From Candidatus Latescibacterota bacterium (GTDB taxonomy: Bacteria; Latescibacterota; CBDEFO01), in the NCBI GenBank assembly GCA_965237525.1, contig CBDEFO010000006.1, forward strand, positions 128,001 through 192,000: a DNA stretch of 64,000 nt, given 5' to 3'. The notes beneath the pieces were generated by a model, which made no database searches, was not told the DNA's origin, and saw nothing but the letters and a program-made list of their open reading frames with translations. Position numbers and translations under genes: made by a program. Numbering within the stretch: the stretch's first letter is position 1; every line of letters begins with the position of its first letter. This document shows, in pieces, positions 62,535 through 64,000 of this stretch.

Positions 62535-63398
62535 TTACGACACCATCGCTGGGCTGGACGCTACCCGGAATCCACTAACCAACCCCTTGTTGTGCGTCCC
62601 GGAGCTGGCTGAGATACGCTCACAACAGCGCAGGCCGAACGTGTTGTTCTCCCAGGAACCACCCCGGATCGCCCGGAACGAGCGGGCCGGCACCTGCAGG
62701 TGATCGTTGTCTCGCCACCGTACGATCGGACTATACAACGCATTGACATCCTCTTCCGGGCCGAGCGGATTAGCACAGCGGCTTACCTCATAGTAGCAGG
62801 GATGGTAGGCATCCGCACACCACTCCCACACGTTTCCGGACATGTCGTAGAGGCCGTATCCATTGGGAGAATAACTTCCGACTGGGGTGAGGCCCCAACC
62901 CTGGTTGTTGAGCGGCGTCACGTCAGGTTTATGGCAGGCATGACGCCAGTTGCAATGCTGCCCGGGTGGATCATTCCCCCAAGAGTAGTCGGACCGCTCA
63001 AGGCCACCCCGCGCGGCTTTCTCTCACTCCGCTTCGGTGGGCAGCCGCAGACCGGCCCAGATGGCGAAGGCGACCGCATCGATCCAGTTGACGCAGATGA
63101 CAGGGTAACGCTCTTTTCCAGGGCTAGCAAAATGTGACCAGACCTGCAGGGTTTCCCCTGCCCGCTCACGAGTGGTCTGGTACTCAGTCTGCGCCACAAA
63201 CCAGGCGAAATGGGCGTTGGTAACAGGATACTGGGCCATGTAGAAACTGTCAAGATAGACCTTGTGCACTGGTCTGGTATCCGGCTCCGGACTTAGCTCC
63301 ATCACGTCGCCCATCCAAAATGGACCAGAAGGGATCAAAACGAGTTCGATCTCAGGACCGCCACCAGGCAGCGTAAGTCTCTTTTTACAGCATCCCAC
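62535..63398 (-). pseudogene. Formylglycine-generating enzyme (SUMF1/FGE-sulfatase) family protein with in-frame TGA at 63024-63026
   Basis: YPVTNA, RLPTEAE*EKAARGG, NGYGLYDMSGNVWEW, RGGSW, GFRVA. Confidence 0.88.
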
Positions 63399-63545
63399 AG
63401 GAATTTATCCTTTCGCCTAATTCCTGAGAATAGTACTAATTTAGCGACCGCGTACTGGCTGTCAGGACTGCGGATACTATATGTAGCGGAATGTGGCCAA
63501 CAGATGGGGAAAAACGGGATTGCAGTCCTCCTTATCAGTCGGAGG

Positions 63546-64000
63546 CTATAACGGAAAACATACCGCTTCCCCAGACATTTCCGATCGATAGGCCGCTTCT
63601 ACAATCTCCAGATCCTTTCGTCCTTCTTGAGCGTCCATCGGCGATTCTTTATCCGTCTGAATCCATTCTACAAACTCCCGACACTCGGCCGCAAATCCGT
63701 CTTGATGCCGATGTCCACTCAGGTCGATACGCAACTCACCCTCGGCCGGCCCAACACCCTCGATTCCACGGGAATGGATTAAGAGGGTATCCTGACCCTC
63801 CGAGATGATCGAGCCATCCGTACCGTAGACTGCAAAACGAGGTCCGGGACCGGGGTGGGAAGTCGCCCAACTTATCACCATATTTCCGATGACCCCATTC
63901 TCAAACTTTACTGAAAGCACGGAGGTATCTTCCCCTTCCAGGAAGAGTTCTGGGCTTACTCTGTCGGCAAAGAGGGCGAAGACTCGATCGGCTCGACTCC
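63546..64000 (-). CDS. Gfo/Idh/MocA oxidoreductase, C-terminal part (runs off window)
   Basis: EGEDTSVLSVKFENG, YGTDGSI, EGRKDLEIVEAAYRS; frame is open to 64000. Confidence 0.85.
   Translation of the reverse strand, partial: SRADRVFALFADRVSPELFLEGEDTSVLSVKFENGVIGNMVISWATSHPGPGPRFAVYGTDGSIISEGQDTLLIHSRGIEGVGPAEGELRIDLSGHRHQDGFAAECREFVEWIQTDKESPMDAQEGRKDLEIVEAAYRSEMSGEAVCFPL

Noticed and set aside
356..63026. Genome-wide stop-codon reassignment (TGA=Trp or TAG=Gln)
   Set aside because: Conserved genes terminate at their expected ends with TGA (ssb) and TAG (rplY, pth, rplI, hppA), and TGG is used for Trp throughout.
62535..63398. Diversity-generating retroelement target (FGE/CLec fold)
   Set aside because: No reverse transcriptase and no template/variable repeat pair with adenine-specific mismatches in the window.

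Overview
Bacterial chromosomal window, most likely from an FCB-group lineage (Latescibacterota/KSB1-like). This is inferred from secreted proteins ending in the NxPNPFNPxTxI (FlgD/T9SS-like) module, cohesin/dockerin modules and expanded AKR/Gfo/PhyH genes. One intact housekeeping block (ispE, tRNA-Gln, rplY, pth, hppA, rpsF, rpsR, rplI; 22.6-28.4 kb) is surrounded by heavily eroded accessory DNA. That DNA includes an IS3 and an IS1182 element, and a decayed integron (IntI C-terminal remnant plus attC-bounded cassettes, including a HEPN gene and an OLD-like ATPase-TOPRIM gene). It also holds a replication-initiator/excisionase remnant and a tandem expansion of aldo/keto reductase and PQQ-type sugar dehydrogenase genes. 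Highlights: (1) a selenoprotein whose N-terminus the ORF track misses (thioredoxin-like W-U-x-x-C + TPR + DsbD-N-like CxxxxxxC; 55025-53709); (2) a family of ~22-bp CCCCGA-N9/10-TCGGGG palindromes and other REP-like repeats that have inserted in frame into several proteins, in two cases with 5-bp target duplications (one perfect, one 4/5); (3) the degenerate integron with an unusual attC half-site family; (4) several isolated in-frame stops and frameshifts outside the housekeeping block, which may be real decay or long-read error. All calls are from reading the sequence; no searches were run.
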